NCBI RefSeq assembly: GCF_009914755.1
Contig: NC_060929.1
Strand: one strand, 5' to 3'
Source: the human T2T-CHM13v2.0 reference genome, Homo sapiens
Length of the DNA: 64,000 nucleotides
Below are positions 1 through 12,361 of the stretch, in pieces (position 1 is the first letter of the stretch; each line of letters opens with the position of its first letter). The notes under the pieces are model-generated. The model ran no database searches and was not told the origin of the DNA. It worked only from the letters and a program-made list of their open reading frames with translations. The translations under genes were made by a program, and so were the position numbers.

Positions 1-224
1 TATAATAGTGAATGAGTCTCATGAGATCTGATGAGTTTATCAGCGGTTTCCACTTTTGCTTCTTCCTCATTTTCTCTTGCCACCACCACGTAAGATGTGC
101 CTTTCACCTCCCGCCATGATTCTGAGGCCTGCCCAGCCATGTGGAACGGTAAGTCCAATTAAACCTCTTTCTTTTCCCAGTCTTGGGTATATCTTTATCA
201 GCAGCGTGAAAACAGACTAATACA
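1..224 (+). mobile_element. THE1 (THE1A-like) MaLR LTR, 3' part, cut by the window edge
   Basis: Contains ATGAGATCTGATG, CTTTTGCTTCTTCCTCATTTTCTCTTGCC, CCATGATTCTGAGGCC and ATTAAACCTCTTT, and ends in GACTAATACA, the THE1 terminus. Confidence 0.9.
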
Positions 225-237
225 CACTCTTTGACAT

Positions 238-2820
238 TTCTTAGCTGTGTGACCTTGGGTAAGTTTCTTACCCTCTCTGATATGGCTTAAATGTTTGTTC
301 CCTCCAAATCTCATGCTGAAATGTGATCCCCAATGCTGGAAATGGGTGCTGGTGAGAGTTTGGGTCATGGGGGTAGATCCCTCATGATGACTTGGTGCCC
401 TCCTCACAATAGTGAGTTCACGTTAAATCTAGTTGGTAAAGAGACTGGGACCCTTCCCCTCTCTCTTACTCCCTTTCTCATCATGTGTCTCTCCCTCTGT
501 CTTGCTCGCTTTCTTGCCATGTGTTGTGTCTGCTCTTCCTTCACCTTTGGCAATGAGTCAAAGCTCCTGGAGGCCTCCCCAGAAGCTGAGTAGATGTTGG
601 TGCCATGCTTGTACAGCCTGCAGAACTGTGAACCAAATAAACCTTTTTTCTTCATAAATTACCCAGCCTCAGGTATTTCTTTATAGCAATGCAAAAATGG
701 ACTAACACAGAAAATTGGTACTGAGGAGTGGGGCATTGCTATAAAGATACCTGAAGATGTGGAAGTGGCTATGGAACTGGGTGACAGGCAGACGTTGGAA
801 GAGTTTGGAGAGCTCAAAAGAAGACAGGAAGATGAGGGAAAGTTTAGAACTTTTTAGAGACTGATAAGGTGGTTGTGACCAAAATGCTGATAGAAAAATG
901 GACCATGAAGGCCAGGCTGATGAAGCCTCAGATGGATATGAGGACGTTATTGAGAACTGGAACAAAACTCGTGCATGTTATGATCTAGCAGAGAGCTCGG
1001 CTGCCTTATGTCCCTGCCCTAGGAATCTGTGGAAGGTTGAGCTTAAGACTGATGACCTAGGGTATGTGGTGGAGGAAATTTCTAAGCAGAAAAGCTTTCA
1101 ATATGTGGCCTGGCTGCTTGTAGTAATCTAAATCAGATGTGGGAACAAAGGAATGTCCCTAAGTTGGAACGTACAATTAAAAAGGAAGCAAAGCACAAAG
1201 GTTTGAAAAACTTGCAGCCTGGCCAGGTGGTAGAGAAGAAAAACACTTTTTCAGGAGAGAAATGCAGGGGGCTGCAGAGAAACTACTTTCTAGAGAGATT
1301 TTCATAACGAAAAGGGAGCCAAGTGCTAATATTCAAGACAACAGGAAAAAGGTCTCGAAAGCTTTGGGACAGCCCCCCCATCACAGGTTCAGAGGTTTGG
1401 GAGGAAAGCATGGTTTTGGGGGCCCGGCCTGGACCACCACTGCCCTTTGCCACCTTAGGCAGATGTTCCCCATATCCTCACTGCTTTTCTTCTAGCTGTG
1501 GCTCAAAGGTCCCCAGGTATAGCTTGGGCTGCCACTCTGGAGAGTGTAAGCCATAAGTGTCGACAGCTTCCACACGGTGTTAAGCCTGCCAGGTACATAG
1601 AGTGAAAGAGTTGAGGCTTGGGAGCCTCTGCCTAGATTTCAGAGGATGCATGAGAATGCCTGGGTGCTGCAGGGGTGGAGCCCCCACAGAAACGCTCTGC
1701 TAGGGCACTACAGAGGGGATATGTGGAGTGGCAACCCCCACATAGAGTCCCCACCAGGGAACTGCCTAGTGGAGCTGTGGGAACAGGGCCACCGCCCTCC
1801 GGATTCCAGAATGGCAGAGCCAATGGCAGGTGGCAAGCTCAGCCTGGGAAAGCTACAGGCACCAGACTCCAACCCATAACAGCAGCCTCATGGGCTGTGT
1901 CAAGCAAAGCTGTCAGGGTGGGGATGCCCAAGGCCTTGGAGGCCCACCAGTTGCACCAGTGTGCTCTGGATGTGAGACATGCAGTCAATGACTGTTTTGG
2001 AGCTTTAAGGTTTAATGTCTGCCCTGCTGGGTTTCAGACTTGTATGGGGCCTGTTGCTCCTTTCTTTTGGCCAATTTCTCCTTCTTGGAATGGGAATGTT
2101 TACCCAATACCTATGCCACCACTGTATCTGGGAAGTAAGTAACTTGTTTTGGATCTTACAGCTCATAGGTCAGGGATGAACTTGCCTGGAGTCTCAGATG
2201 AGGATCTGGACTTGGATTGAGTTGATGCTGAATGAGTTAAGACTTCTGGGGACTGTTGGGAAAGGGGAATCATATTTTGCAATGTGAGAAGGATATGAGA
2301 TTTGGGGGACCAGAGATGTAATGATATGGTTTGGATGTGTTGTCCCTCCAAATCTCCTGTTGAAATGTGATCTCCAGTGTTGGGGATGGGGCCTGCTGGG
2401 AGGTGATTGGGTCATGGAGTGAATCCCTCAAGAACGGCTTGGTGCCGTCCTCACAGTAGTGAGTTCATGTGAGATCTGGTTGTTAGAGTCTGCAACCTTC
2501 CCTCTCTCTCATGCTCCCTTTCTCACCATGTGACACACTGGCTCCCCTTCTCCATAAGTAAAAGCTCCTGGAGGCCTCCCCAGAAGCTGAGCAGAGCAGG
2601 TGTCATGCGGAACCGTGAGCCAATTAAACCTATTTTCTTTATAAATTACCCAGCCGCAGGTACTTCTTTATAGCAATGCAAGATGGACTAACACACTGTC
2701 CCTACTGTCCCAACTGTAAAACTGGGATAGTGATGCTACCTGCTCCATAGGATTACTGTGAGGATTAAACAATAGAAATACAGCTCTTGACATAAGGCTG
2801 ACACACCATGGGTGCTCAGA
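238..2820 (+). mobile_element. MIR SINE split by the MST element (pieces about 238-277 and 2696-2820)
   Basis: TAGCTGTGTGACCTTGGGTAAGTTTCTTACCCTCTC before the LTR continues after it as CTGTAAAACTGGGATAGTGAT...GTGAGGATTAAA, which is the MIR core. Confidence 0.8.
278..2695 (+). mobile_element. Complete MST-family (MSTB-like) MaLR element: 5' LTR 278-709, internal region 710-2321, 3' LTR 2322-2695
   Basis: Both LTRs start TGATATGG and end GGACTAACACA. The internal region starts GAAAATTGGTAC, typical of MaLR-int. Near-perfect 5-bp TSD: CTCTC (273-277) and CTGTC (2696-2700). Confidence 0.92.
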
Positions 2821-5289
2821 GACTTTGGATGATGAGTGTTTTCCATGGACGGTGCAGGAGGAGCTTGAATAGAAATGAACGACCAGAGCCAGAAGCCCCT
2901 GCTCTCCTCGCCAGCAGAGAACTTCATTGCTGACACTGAGTCCACAGGACCTGCATTCCCTGCGAGGCCCCAGCCTGCCCTCATTTCCCTAAGCTTCCCT
3001 GTTGGGCTCCGTGTGAAACCCTCCTTTTACAAACAGTGGCTTCTCTGAGTGCTGCTGAGGAATGGACCCCAGGCTCTGTGAGGAGCTTTGCAGAGGGCTT
3101 GGGCTGCTTTCTGGGAGTCTTGGTTGTGCTCCTTTGTTGGGGTCATGGGACCCACCATTAAACACACTTAGGGCCTTCCATAAAGCTACATTTGTTCATT
3201 GGTAATGAAGGGTTCAAAAACTACCCTGAGATGCTCTTCCCGGGCCTTCCATGCTGGGTCGAACTTTCTTCATTTATCCAAGTGAGGCTTGCATCGTAAA
3301 GATGCAACTCTGCTCACAAAATAGACAAGAAGACGGGGCGCTCACCCAGGGATGCCGTGGCAATGTCTGCATGTGCAAAGGTGGCACAGACATCTGTGCC
3401 ATGGGTGAGGGGTGGCCTGGGCAGGCATTGGCACTGCATCTGGAGTTTGTTCTGACTTTTTAAGCAATTCCTTGGAGGTCCTTGAATACATGCTGTTCCT
3501 AAGCATCTGTCTGATAAGCTGGGCTCCACAGGAGTCCACATTATCGTCTTGGCTGTCAGTGAACCCAAGTTTGAATGAATTTCATTTTGGTCATGCTCTT
3601 CAGCAAAGAAATGCACGTTGAGTCCTATGGGGGATAAATGGGTGTGAGGGAAAGAGCCCTCCCAAGCCACCGTGGCCTTCTGTTTGGGAAAAGGCTGCGA
3701 GTGCAGGGAAGCCAGTGGACAAGGCCTAGGCTGGCGGAAGGCAGAGCTGGGATTAGGGCTATCTTCCTGATTCTGCCCTTGTGAGGCCTTGAGGGCTAAG
3801 CCAAGAGAAACTTCTCACCAGAGCTGGGCTGAGGTTTTCTGCGAGAAATGTAGCCACAAACATCTCTTATTTATGGTGATGTTAGACGCTTTCTTACGAC
3901 TTTTATTAGAGCAGTGGGCACCTGCTGCCACCAAGCAGGAAGCCATGGGCTCTTGCTCCTGCGCTGGCCCCAGGCTGGGGAGAGCTGGAGGACAGCAGCT
4001 GTGGAGCAGGGTGGAGGGGACGGGGCGGCTGTGCTGATGGGACTCCAGGCACATTCTTCTGGCAGGTCCAAGGCTGTGGGGGTGGGGAGGAGACCCCTTC
4101 TTCCCTAGACACCCTCCCACCCACCCACCATGTGATCCCAGCACCCATCCTTGGTGAGATCTCTGAGGGCAGGGTCCGCTCACAGGGGCAGCACAGCTTG
4201 CTGGCCTTGCCTCCACTCAGCTCTCAGCAGTGCCGACTGCTGCAGGACCTTCTGTAAAGATCACCAAGCTCCTCTCTTCCTAGCTGCCTGGGGTGGTAGG
4301 CGTCGGCACGGCAGCTTGGTGTGTTTGTGACCAAGGGAGCTCTCGCCCCCTCCTGGTCCCAGGGACCCTGGCCTGGGAGGAGGTGGCCTGGCAGCCTGGT
4401 CCCTTTGCCTGTCAGTGTTCAGATCGGATCCACCACAGCATGGGGTCTGGGGTTCTGACTTTTCTCTCCAAACAGCCTCACACATGCACTACAGTTTTCT
4501 GCCCCATTAGCCAGTATTTAGAGTAAAGACTTTGTCCAACAAATCCTGAGCCCCTCTGGCTTCTGGAAAGATTCATCATCGTGCTGTCATGAGCCCTGCC
4601 AGGCCCCAGATGGATGGACAGGAGCCCCTTTTCCATGCATGTTCATGGCCTCCTCATCCTGCTGCTGTTCATGGACAGCCCAGAGCACTGTCCCAGGCAC
4701 TTGAATGAGGGACAGCAGCACCTGGGCGGTCCTGCCGAGCTGCCGGGCTATTTCCTTTGGGGTCAGCCTGCAGAGTGAGTATTCACTGCCCCAGTTCAGG
4801 CAGCTCCAGGTCTCCCTAGTTCAGGCAATTTTATTATAATAACTTTGCAATTTATGAATTTCCACAATTTATACTTAATCATAAATTTATGAAACCATAC
4901 TACATGTAATAATATGTAGTCACACATAATATTTGTTGATCAATACCCTAAACCTAAGTTAACTCTCTGCAAGGTACATTTCAACAACCTGCTGCTGAGT
5001 GGCTATCGAAAACAGGAAGACGATTTGCCAAACGATTCCTCTTAGTCCTGAAACCATCAGAGTTTTAGGACTAAAACTCTTGCATTGACTTGCATTTTAG
5101 GACTAAAACTCTTACATTTACCTTTAAGAGTGCACTGTTCTCATCAGGTTGAAACGACTTAGAGTGCCTTACTTATTTTAGAACATCATCCTCCTAGTTT
5201 TTCAGAGAAATATGACTAATTTTTATATGAATACTAATTTGTGGATTTGTAAGTGTTTAAAAAGCAATATGTATTGCTCTTTAACTCAT

Positions 5290-5897
5290 TGTGGAAAGCA
5301 GTTAGGCAAATTCCAAAAGAACTTAGAACAGTATTACCATTTAACCCAGCAATCTTATTATTGGGTTTATACCCAACAGAATATAAATCCTTCCACCATA
5401 AGGGCACATGCAGGCATAAGTTCACTGCAGCACTATTCACAACAGCAAAGACATGGAATCAACCTAAATGCCCATCAGTGGTAGACTGGATAAAGAAAAT
5501 GTGGTACCTATACACCACGGAATACTACGCAGCCATAAAAAAGAATGCAATCATGTCCTTTGCAGCAACATGGATGGAACTGGAGGCCATCATGCTCAGT
5601 GAACTAACAGAGGAACAGAAGATCAAATACCACGTTATCAATTATATGTGGGAGCTAGAAAGGAAGTACACATTTATGCAAAGAGGGAAGCAACAGACAC
5701 TGAGGCCTCCTGGAGGGTAGAGAGAGAGAAGAGGTTGAGGGTGGAAAAACTAACTATGTATTGGGTACTATGCTGATTACCTGGATGATGAAATAATCTG
5801 CACACTTAACCCCTGAGACACACAATTTACCTATATAACAAACCTGCACATGCACCCCTTAGCCTAAAATAAAAGTTAAAAAAATAAAAATAAAAAA
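5290..5897 (+). mobile_element. 5'-truncated L1 (older L1PA/L1PB): ORF2 C-terminus, 3' UTR and A-rich tail
   Basis: ORF 5253-5720 translates to the L1 ORF2p C-terminus (TWNQPKCPS, WIKKMWY, TEYYAAIKK), followed by L1 3' UTR and AAAATAAAAGTTAAAAAAATAAAA. Confidence 0.92.
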
Positions 5898-5984
5898 CAT
5901 GTAAACAGATATTTCAGTGTAAAAGACTTGGACTTCTATTGTAAAATTTATCTCTGTTTCTTTCCTTTAATTCTATTATTAATA

Positions 5985-6170
5985 TAATTTTTAACTTAAT
6001 TTTTAGATTGCTCGTTGCTAGTATATGAAACTACAATTAAGTTTTATATGCTGTTCTTGTATCTTGTGGCCTCATTGAACTTATCTATTAGTTCTAGTAG
6101 ATTTTTAGTGAATACTTTACAAAGATAAAGGATTATTTAATCTGCAATAAGATACACTTTACTTCTTAAA
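5985..6170 (-). mobile_element. Old L1M ORF2 fragment
   Basis: TTGCTAGTATATGAAACTACAATT...TTGTATCTTGTGGCC...TGAACTTATCTATTAGTTCTAGTAG matches antisense L1M ORF2. Confidence 0.65.
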
Positions 6171-7477
6171 AAAAGCAATATATACCTTTTTTCTATTAAA
6201 AATATGTTCCCTAACGTTGAAACTACGCTAGTGAGCAATTGCTCACTAAGCTGATGGGCAGGGTCAGCGAAGGTCAAAGCTCTGGCTGGGTCCCCTACAC
6301 TGGGTCTGCCCCTGTCTTCCTGGTATGTAGGAGATGGGGACAGAATTTGTGCTTTTAGTTTGTCTGGGTCAGAAGGAGCTGCACTGAGGAGGCCCCTTCC
6401 ATTCAGATAGGATGCAGATCACAGTATCATGGGCTGCCAGCCCGATGCTGTGATTGATGAAATTTGGGGGCCAGGGGGATCTCCCTGTGTCTCACACCAG
6501 GCCAGGACGAGACTGTGGTTGTTGCATCAGTGGTCCCCAGCGAACCACACCTCCAGGATCCAGGCCCTCCTGATCCTCTCTCTCGGACTCTGGGTTTGGC
6601 AGGTGCCTCACTTTGGATAGAGGGTCATCAGTGAACAGAACACAGGGAGAGGCTGGCTGGGCCCTGCACTCTGGACCTTGACCTCTGAGAGTGCCCTGGG
6701 CTGCCGTGCAGGGCCTAGGCTGCCTCCAGGGTCCGGCCACCCCCGGAGCCTGACTAATGTCGTCCTACCTGACCATGTGAGGCAGCCTGAGAGAGGCCAG
6801 CAGAAGTGTGGCCCAGACAACTCCCTGAATCATATGGGAGAAACGTGCTTTGCTTTGATCCAAGTTCAAAGTTCTGGGGTGGTTGTTGATGCAGGAATAG
6901 ATAACGGAAGTGACCAACATCAGAACTGAGTGTGTTTCAGTAAGATCTGCTGAATTCAGGGTTCAATGGCATTTTATGGCCACTAGATAGGATAAATGCA
7001 TTGAAAAATCTGAATAACATTGCAACAATCCTCTGAATGTGACTGAATAAAGTCCATATTGGCTGGTTTTTATATAGCCTTGACTACAAATCACAATAGG
7101 CAAAGAAAATTATGACTGCCATGTCAGTGTTTTGGGAGTGGCTGAGTCAGTCTTTTCATCTTCAGCCGCTGGAGCTGGAAGAATTCTGCAGGCTTTGCTG
7201 CATCAGAAAGGCAAAGACCTGTCACAGCTGGATCTGATTTGTAGCCAATGGACGAGCAAGCCTTTGTCCACATCATGTATTCATAGATTGTCGATAACAA
7301 CATTGTTTTAAAGATGATGATTTTTTTTTCCTGTTTCTTTCCCTGAAAACAATGTTAATTAAAACCAGAAGTATTAAAAATATCTATTTGTTATATATTT
7401 CAGTCTGCTACCAAGCTGAGGGATGAGATGAAAACTCTTCAGTTTTTGGCAATTTTTAAGGCTTAGAGATTATGGTT

Positions 7478-8155
<678 letters not shown>

Positions 8156-8399
8156 TGGTCCATCAGCTTCTATCCTTGTAATTGATACAAAAATTATACA
8201 GTTAAGCTGCTAATTTATTTGCATTTTTTAAACTCCAACCCGATTAATTCAACTGAAACAAAAGTCCATTGTAAAAAGCCCACTGAAGATGAGAAGTAAA
8301 TTAATTGTCAGGAACTTTAAATCATAAGCATTTTTTTCTGAGTTATTAATTATAAAATGCTAACACAAGGGTGATAAATCCAGGGTTCTGGGATGCTGA

Positions 8400-9735
8400 G
8401 TGAGGCAGCTGTAATCTGTGTGACAGAAACCTAAGAGGAGGACCCGCACAGGGACAGATGGCACCCTGAGAACTGCTGAGGGGCCTCCTGGAGTCTTTGG
8501 CTGAGGTCTGACCTGCACGTGAGTGTGAGGAAACAATTACACTCTGGAGAATGAGGCTGGAGAAAAACCATCACCAAAAGCACTCGTTCAGAAAAATTCC
8601 TAAAATTTACACAGGACCAGCAAAAGTTTGTGTTCCTGAAAGCCACTGGAAAGTTCTCTTAATGAAAGGGACATTGGATAGAGCCCTTAGAAGGGTGTTC
8701 CCCCAGCAAGGGGGAAAAATTAGCCTTATGCTAATGGCTCTTCTAGACCAACCCTAAGAAAGCATTAAAGCAAAGCTCAAAGAATAAAACTGATGCTAGA
8801 TACCTCCACCTAAGAGGAAAAAAAAAAGGAACTCTAAACCTAAACCATTAAAAAAAGTAATTAAAATAATTTTAGAAAATCAAACACTAACAATGTAAAA
8901 GTCCCATGCCTGGAGTTTAATTACAAAATGCTAAATATGTGAAAGAACAGAAAAATATATTAAAATAGCTGTAACTAAGAGATAAATCAGTAAATAGAAA
9001 CAGACTGAGAAATGACAGAGATGATGGACATAAAGGACCTTAAAATAACAATAATAAATATGCCACCAATGTTTGCAAAATCAGGGGAAAACATGAGGAA
9101 ACTAGTTCCAGAAGCTAGAGGAAAACATATAACATATATGTCACCTTATTAAGTGAGATACGTAAGTTACAAAAGAAGTTTCAAGTATACCATCTAGAAA
9201 TAAAAATTACAATACCTGAAATAAAATACATAGAACGGGGCTAATGGCAGAGTCGTAACAAGTATTCTTAGCAGAAGGAAAGGTTAGTGAACTTTAAAAC
9301 AGCAGGAGAAAGTATTTTTACTGGGAAAGGATGAAAGGAGCCTCAGTGAACTGCGGGAAAATATTTCATAGCTTAAAATGCATGCAAGATTGTAAGATTG
9401 TGGGAGGATCACAAAACACTTAAAAATTATGGCTGCAAATTTTCCAAATAGGAGAAAATATAAACCCACAGATGACAGAAGCTCAGTAAACATCAAACAA
9501 AATAAACTACACTTAGTCACATTATAACCAGATTGCTGAACAAGTGACGAAGAGTTCATTTTTAAAGCAGCCAGATGAAAGAGATGCATTATGTACAGAA
9601 AATCCATGGTAAAAATGACAGCCACAAAACACACAAGCCAGAAGACAGTGGGACAGTTCTTTCCAGTTTTGAAAGAAAAATAAATTGTCAGCTTAGAATT
9701 TTAAAGCAAAGTTTATGTCAAAAATGAAGGTGATA
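8400..9735 (+). mobile_element. Ancient L1M 5' region/ORF1 remnant, the outer host element; it resumes at about 22226
   Basis: A-rich degenerate ORF1 motifs (AAAATTATGGCTGCAAATTTTCCAAAT, GAAGCTCAGTAAAC, TTTTTAAAGCAGCCAGA), breaking at CAAAAATGAAGGTGA. Confidence 0.7.
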
Positions 9736-10387
9736 CATTGCAGATGTGTAAAACAACATCACAAAACTGTTAGGGAGAAAAAAAAGGCTGACCTAAGTAA
9801 CTTTGGAAATGAGTCATGTCTATAAGGCTAAATGCAAAATAAACTGTACATAAGCACTGTCCTCTAGTTGATAAAGTTTGCTCCAAGAGGGTTACAAGTC
9901 AACAATTCTGATGCTGCTACCCATGTATGCAAGAATTTAACAATCCAGCAAATGGATGGCAGATGATCAGAGCCAGGTTTCTTACTGTTGGAGTGGGAGT
10001 TTACGAATAGGCAAGGGAGGAATAGGCTGGAATAGATGACCATGTGGCATCTGTTAGAGTTATAGACATCAGTATAAACTCATGTTTAGATTGGCATAAA
10101 TATGGTTATGTATAGCGATATTTACAGTTATGGGACTATAAATGGGTTAGTATCTGCATGAATATTTCCCTTCTCTGTCAGGTGAGAGGGGCCTGGAGCA
10201 ATGGTAACCCAGTGGCAAGGAACATGCCTAAGCCCGGATCTTTATTTATAACACCATTCTCCAGTAAAAGGAACCAGGGCTTCTTAGAGAAATGGCTGAT
10301 TGGAGAGCTGGGGCACAAAATATACAGGATGAGCCTGGAGCATCTTCTAATGCCAGAAAGTAAAAAAGTGCTCAAAACAAACAAACC

Positions 10388-11590
10388 AAAAACCACCCAC
10401 AATGATGGTTGTAAGTCAGAAGGACACGGGAACCAACTGCAAGAGCTCCCGAAAACCACCCACAATGATGGTAGTATGTCAGAAGGACACAGGAACCAAC
10501 TGTAAGAGCTCCCGAAGACCACCCACAATGATGGTTGTATGTCAAAAGAACACAGGAACCAACTGCAAGAGCTCCCGAAGACCACCCACAATGATGGTTG
10601 TATGTCAGAAGGACACAGGAACCAACTGCAAGAGCTCCCAAAGACCACCCACAATGATGGTTGTATGTCAGAAGGACACAGGAACCAACTGCAAGAGCTC
10701 CCAAAAACCACCCACAATGATGGTGGTATGTCAGAAGGACACAGGAACCAACTGCAAGAGCTCCCAAAGACCACCCACAATGATGGTTGTGTGTCAAAAG
10801 GACACAGGAACCAACTGCAAGAGCTCCCGAAAACCACCCACAATGATGGTAGTATGTCAGAAGGACACAGGAACCAACTGTAAGAGCTCCCGAAGACCAC
10901 CCACAATGATGGTTGTATGTCAAAAGAACACAGGAACCAACTGCAAGAGCTCCCGAAGACCACCCACAATGATGGTTGTATGTCAGAAGGACACAGGAAC
11001 CAACTGCAAGAGCTCCCAAAGACCACCCACAATGATGGTTGTATGTCAGAAGGACACAGGAACCAACTGCAAGAGCTCCCAAAAACCGCCCACAATGATG
11101 GTGGTATGTCAGAAGGACACAGGAACCAACTGCAAGAGCTCCCAAAGACCACCCACAATGATGGTTGTGTGTCAAAAGGACACAGGAACCAACTGCAAGA
11201 GCTCCCGAAAACCACCCACAATGATGGTATTATGTCAGAAGGACACAGGAACCAACTGTAAGAGCTCCCGAAGACCACCCACAATGATGGTTGTATGTCA
11301 AAAGAACACAGGAACCAACTGCAAGAGCTCCCGAAGACCACCCACAATGATGGTTGTATGTCAGAAGGACACAGGAACCAACTGCAAGAGCTCCCAAAGA
11401 CCACCCACAATGATGGTTGTATGTCAGAAGGACACAGGAACCAACTGCAAGAGCTCCCAAAGACCACCCACAATGATGGTTGTGTGTCAAAAGGACACAG
11501 GAACCAACTGTAAGAGCTCCTGAAGACCACCCACAATGATGGTTTTATGTCAGAAGGATACAGGAACCAGCTGCAAGGGCTCCTGAAGAC
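10388..11590. repeat. 63-bp minisatellite (VNTR), 19 units, with a 378-bp (6-unit) higher-order period
   Basis: AATGATGG recurs every 63 bp from 10401 to 11535. Each unit translates to 21 aa. Identical ORF starts at 10539, 10917 and 11295 are 378 bp apart. Confidence 0.97.
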
Positions 11591-12046
11591 TAAAGAGCAA
11601 AATGAAGAACAGGGTGTTCATTCTGAGAGCAAGGAAACAAATTCGATTGTAACCCAAAGGAGCAGTCATCACTCGCATCCTTGCACATCCACTGATCCTG
11701 ATTCTTCTTCCTACTCAAGGGCAACTCTCAGTGTATCCAGCGTTTCCTCTCTACTCTCTCTCGTTCTCTGTGTGTGTATCTCACCTCTGCTACTCTATCC
11801 TCCAATTTCTAGCTTGTGAAACTCTCATCTCCACATTCTCAGTCCATACTGATATCAGTAAATGACTGGATCAATAAGTAAATAGGGGAAAAGAGGCAAA
11901 CCTCCCTTTCAGAATTCAAATAACTAACATAGCTACTTTCCCTTCATGGAGGTGAAGTGTAACTCCTGCATCCTTCCATGTGAGCTGCGCATAGTGACCT
12001 CCTTCCAAAGACTATGGCATGAAAAGGGGAAAAAAAGATGAATTTT

Positions 12047-12326
12047 GGCTGGGCGCTGTGGCTCACGCCTGTAATCTCAGCACTTTAGGAGGCCGAGGTG
12101 GGCGGATCATGAGGTCAGGAGCTTGAGACCATCCTGGCTAACACGGTGAAACCTCATCTCCATTAAAAATACGAAAAACTAGCCGGGTATAGTGGCTCAC
12201 GTCTGTAGTCCTAGCTACTTGGGAGGCTGAGGCAGGAGAATCGCAGTGAGCCGAGATCTTGCCACTGCACTCCAGCCTGGGCAACAGAGGGAGACTCTGT
12301 CTCAAAAAAAAAAAAAGTAATAATAA

Positions 12327-12359
<33 letters not shown>
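12047..12359 (+). mobile_element. AluY/AluSc-like element with a ~24-bp internal deletion and a (TAAA)n tail
   Basis: Contains GAGACCATCCTGGCTAACACGGTGAAACC. The right arm jumps from GGAGAATC to GCAGTGAG. TSD AAGATGAATTTT on both sides. Confidence 0.93.

Positions 12360-12361
<2 letters not shown>

Noticed and set aside
1675-2142. 155-aa ORF
   Set aside because: It lies inside the MST internal region and is MaLR-derived sequence.
5253-5720. 155-aa ORF, and similar ORFs at 24588-24908 and 50230-50454
   Set aside because: These are L1 ORF2p C-terminal remnants of truncated LINEs, not host genes.
10178-11536. 452-aa and 373-aa ORFs as real genes
   Set aside because: They are produced by an in-frame 63-bp VNTR inside an L1 3' UTR, with no promoter or splice context. 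Kept only as a low-interest note.
10388-11590. Regular repeat arrays (63 bp here, 29 bp at 27.7-29.0 kb) as CRISPR arrays
   Set aside because: The units are head-to-tail with no unique spacers, there are no cas genes, and the DNA is primate.
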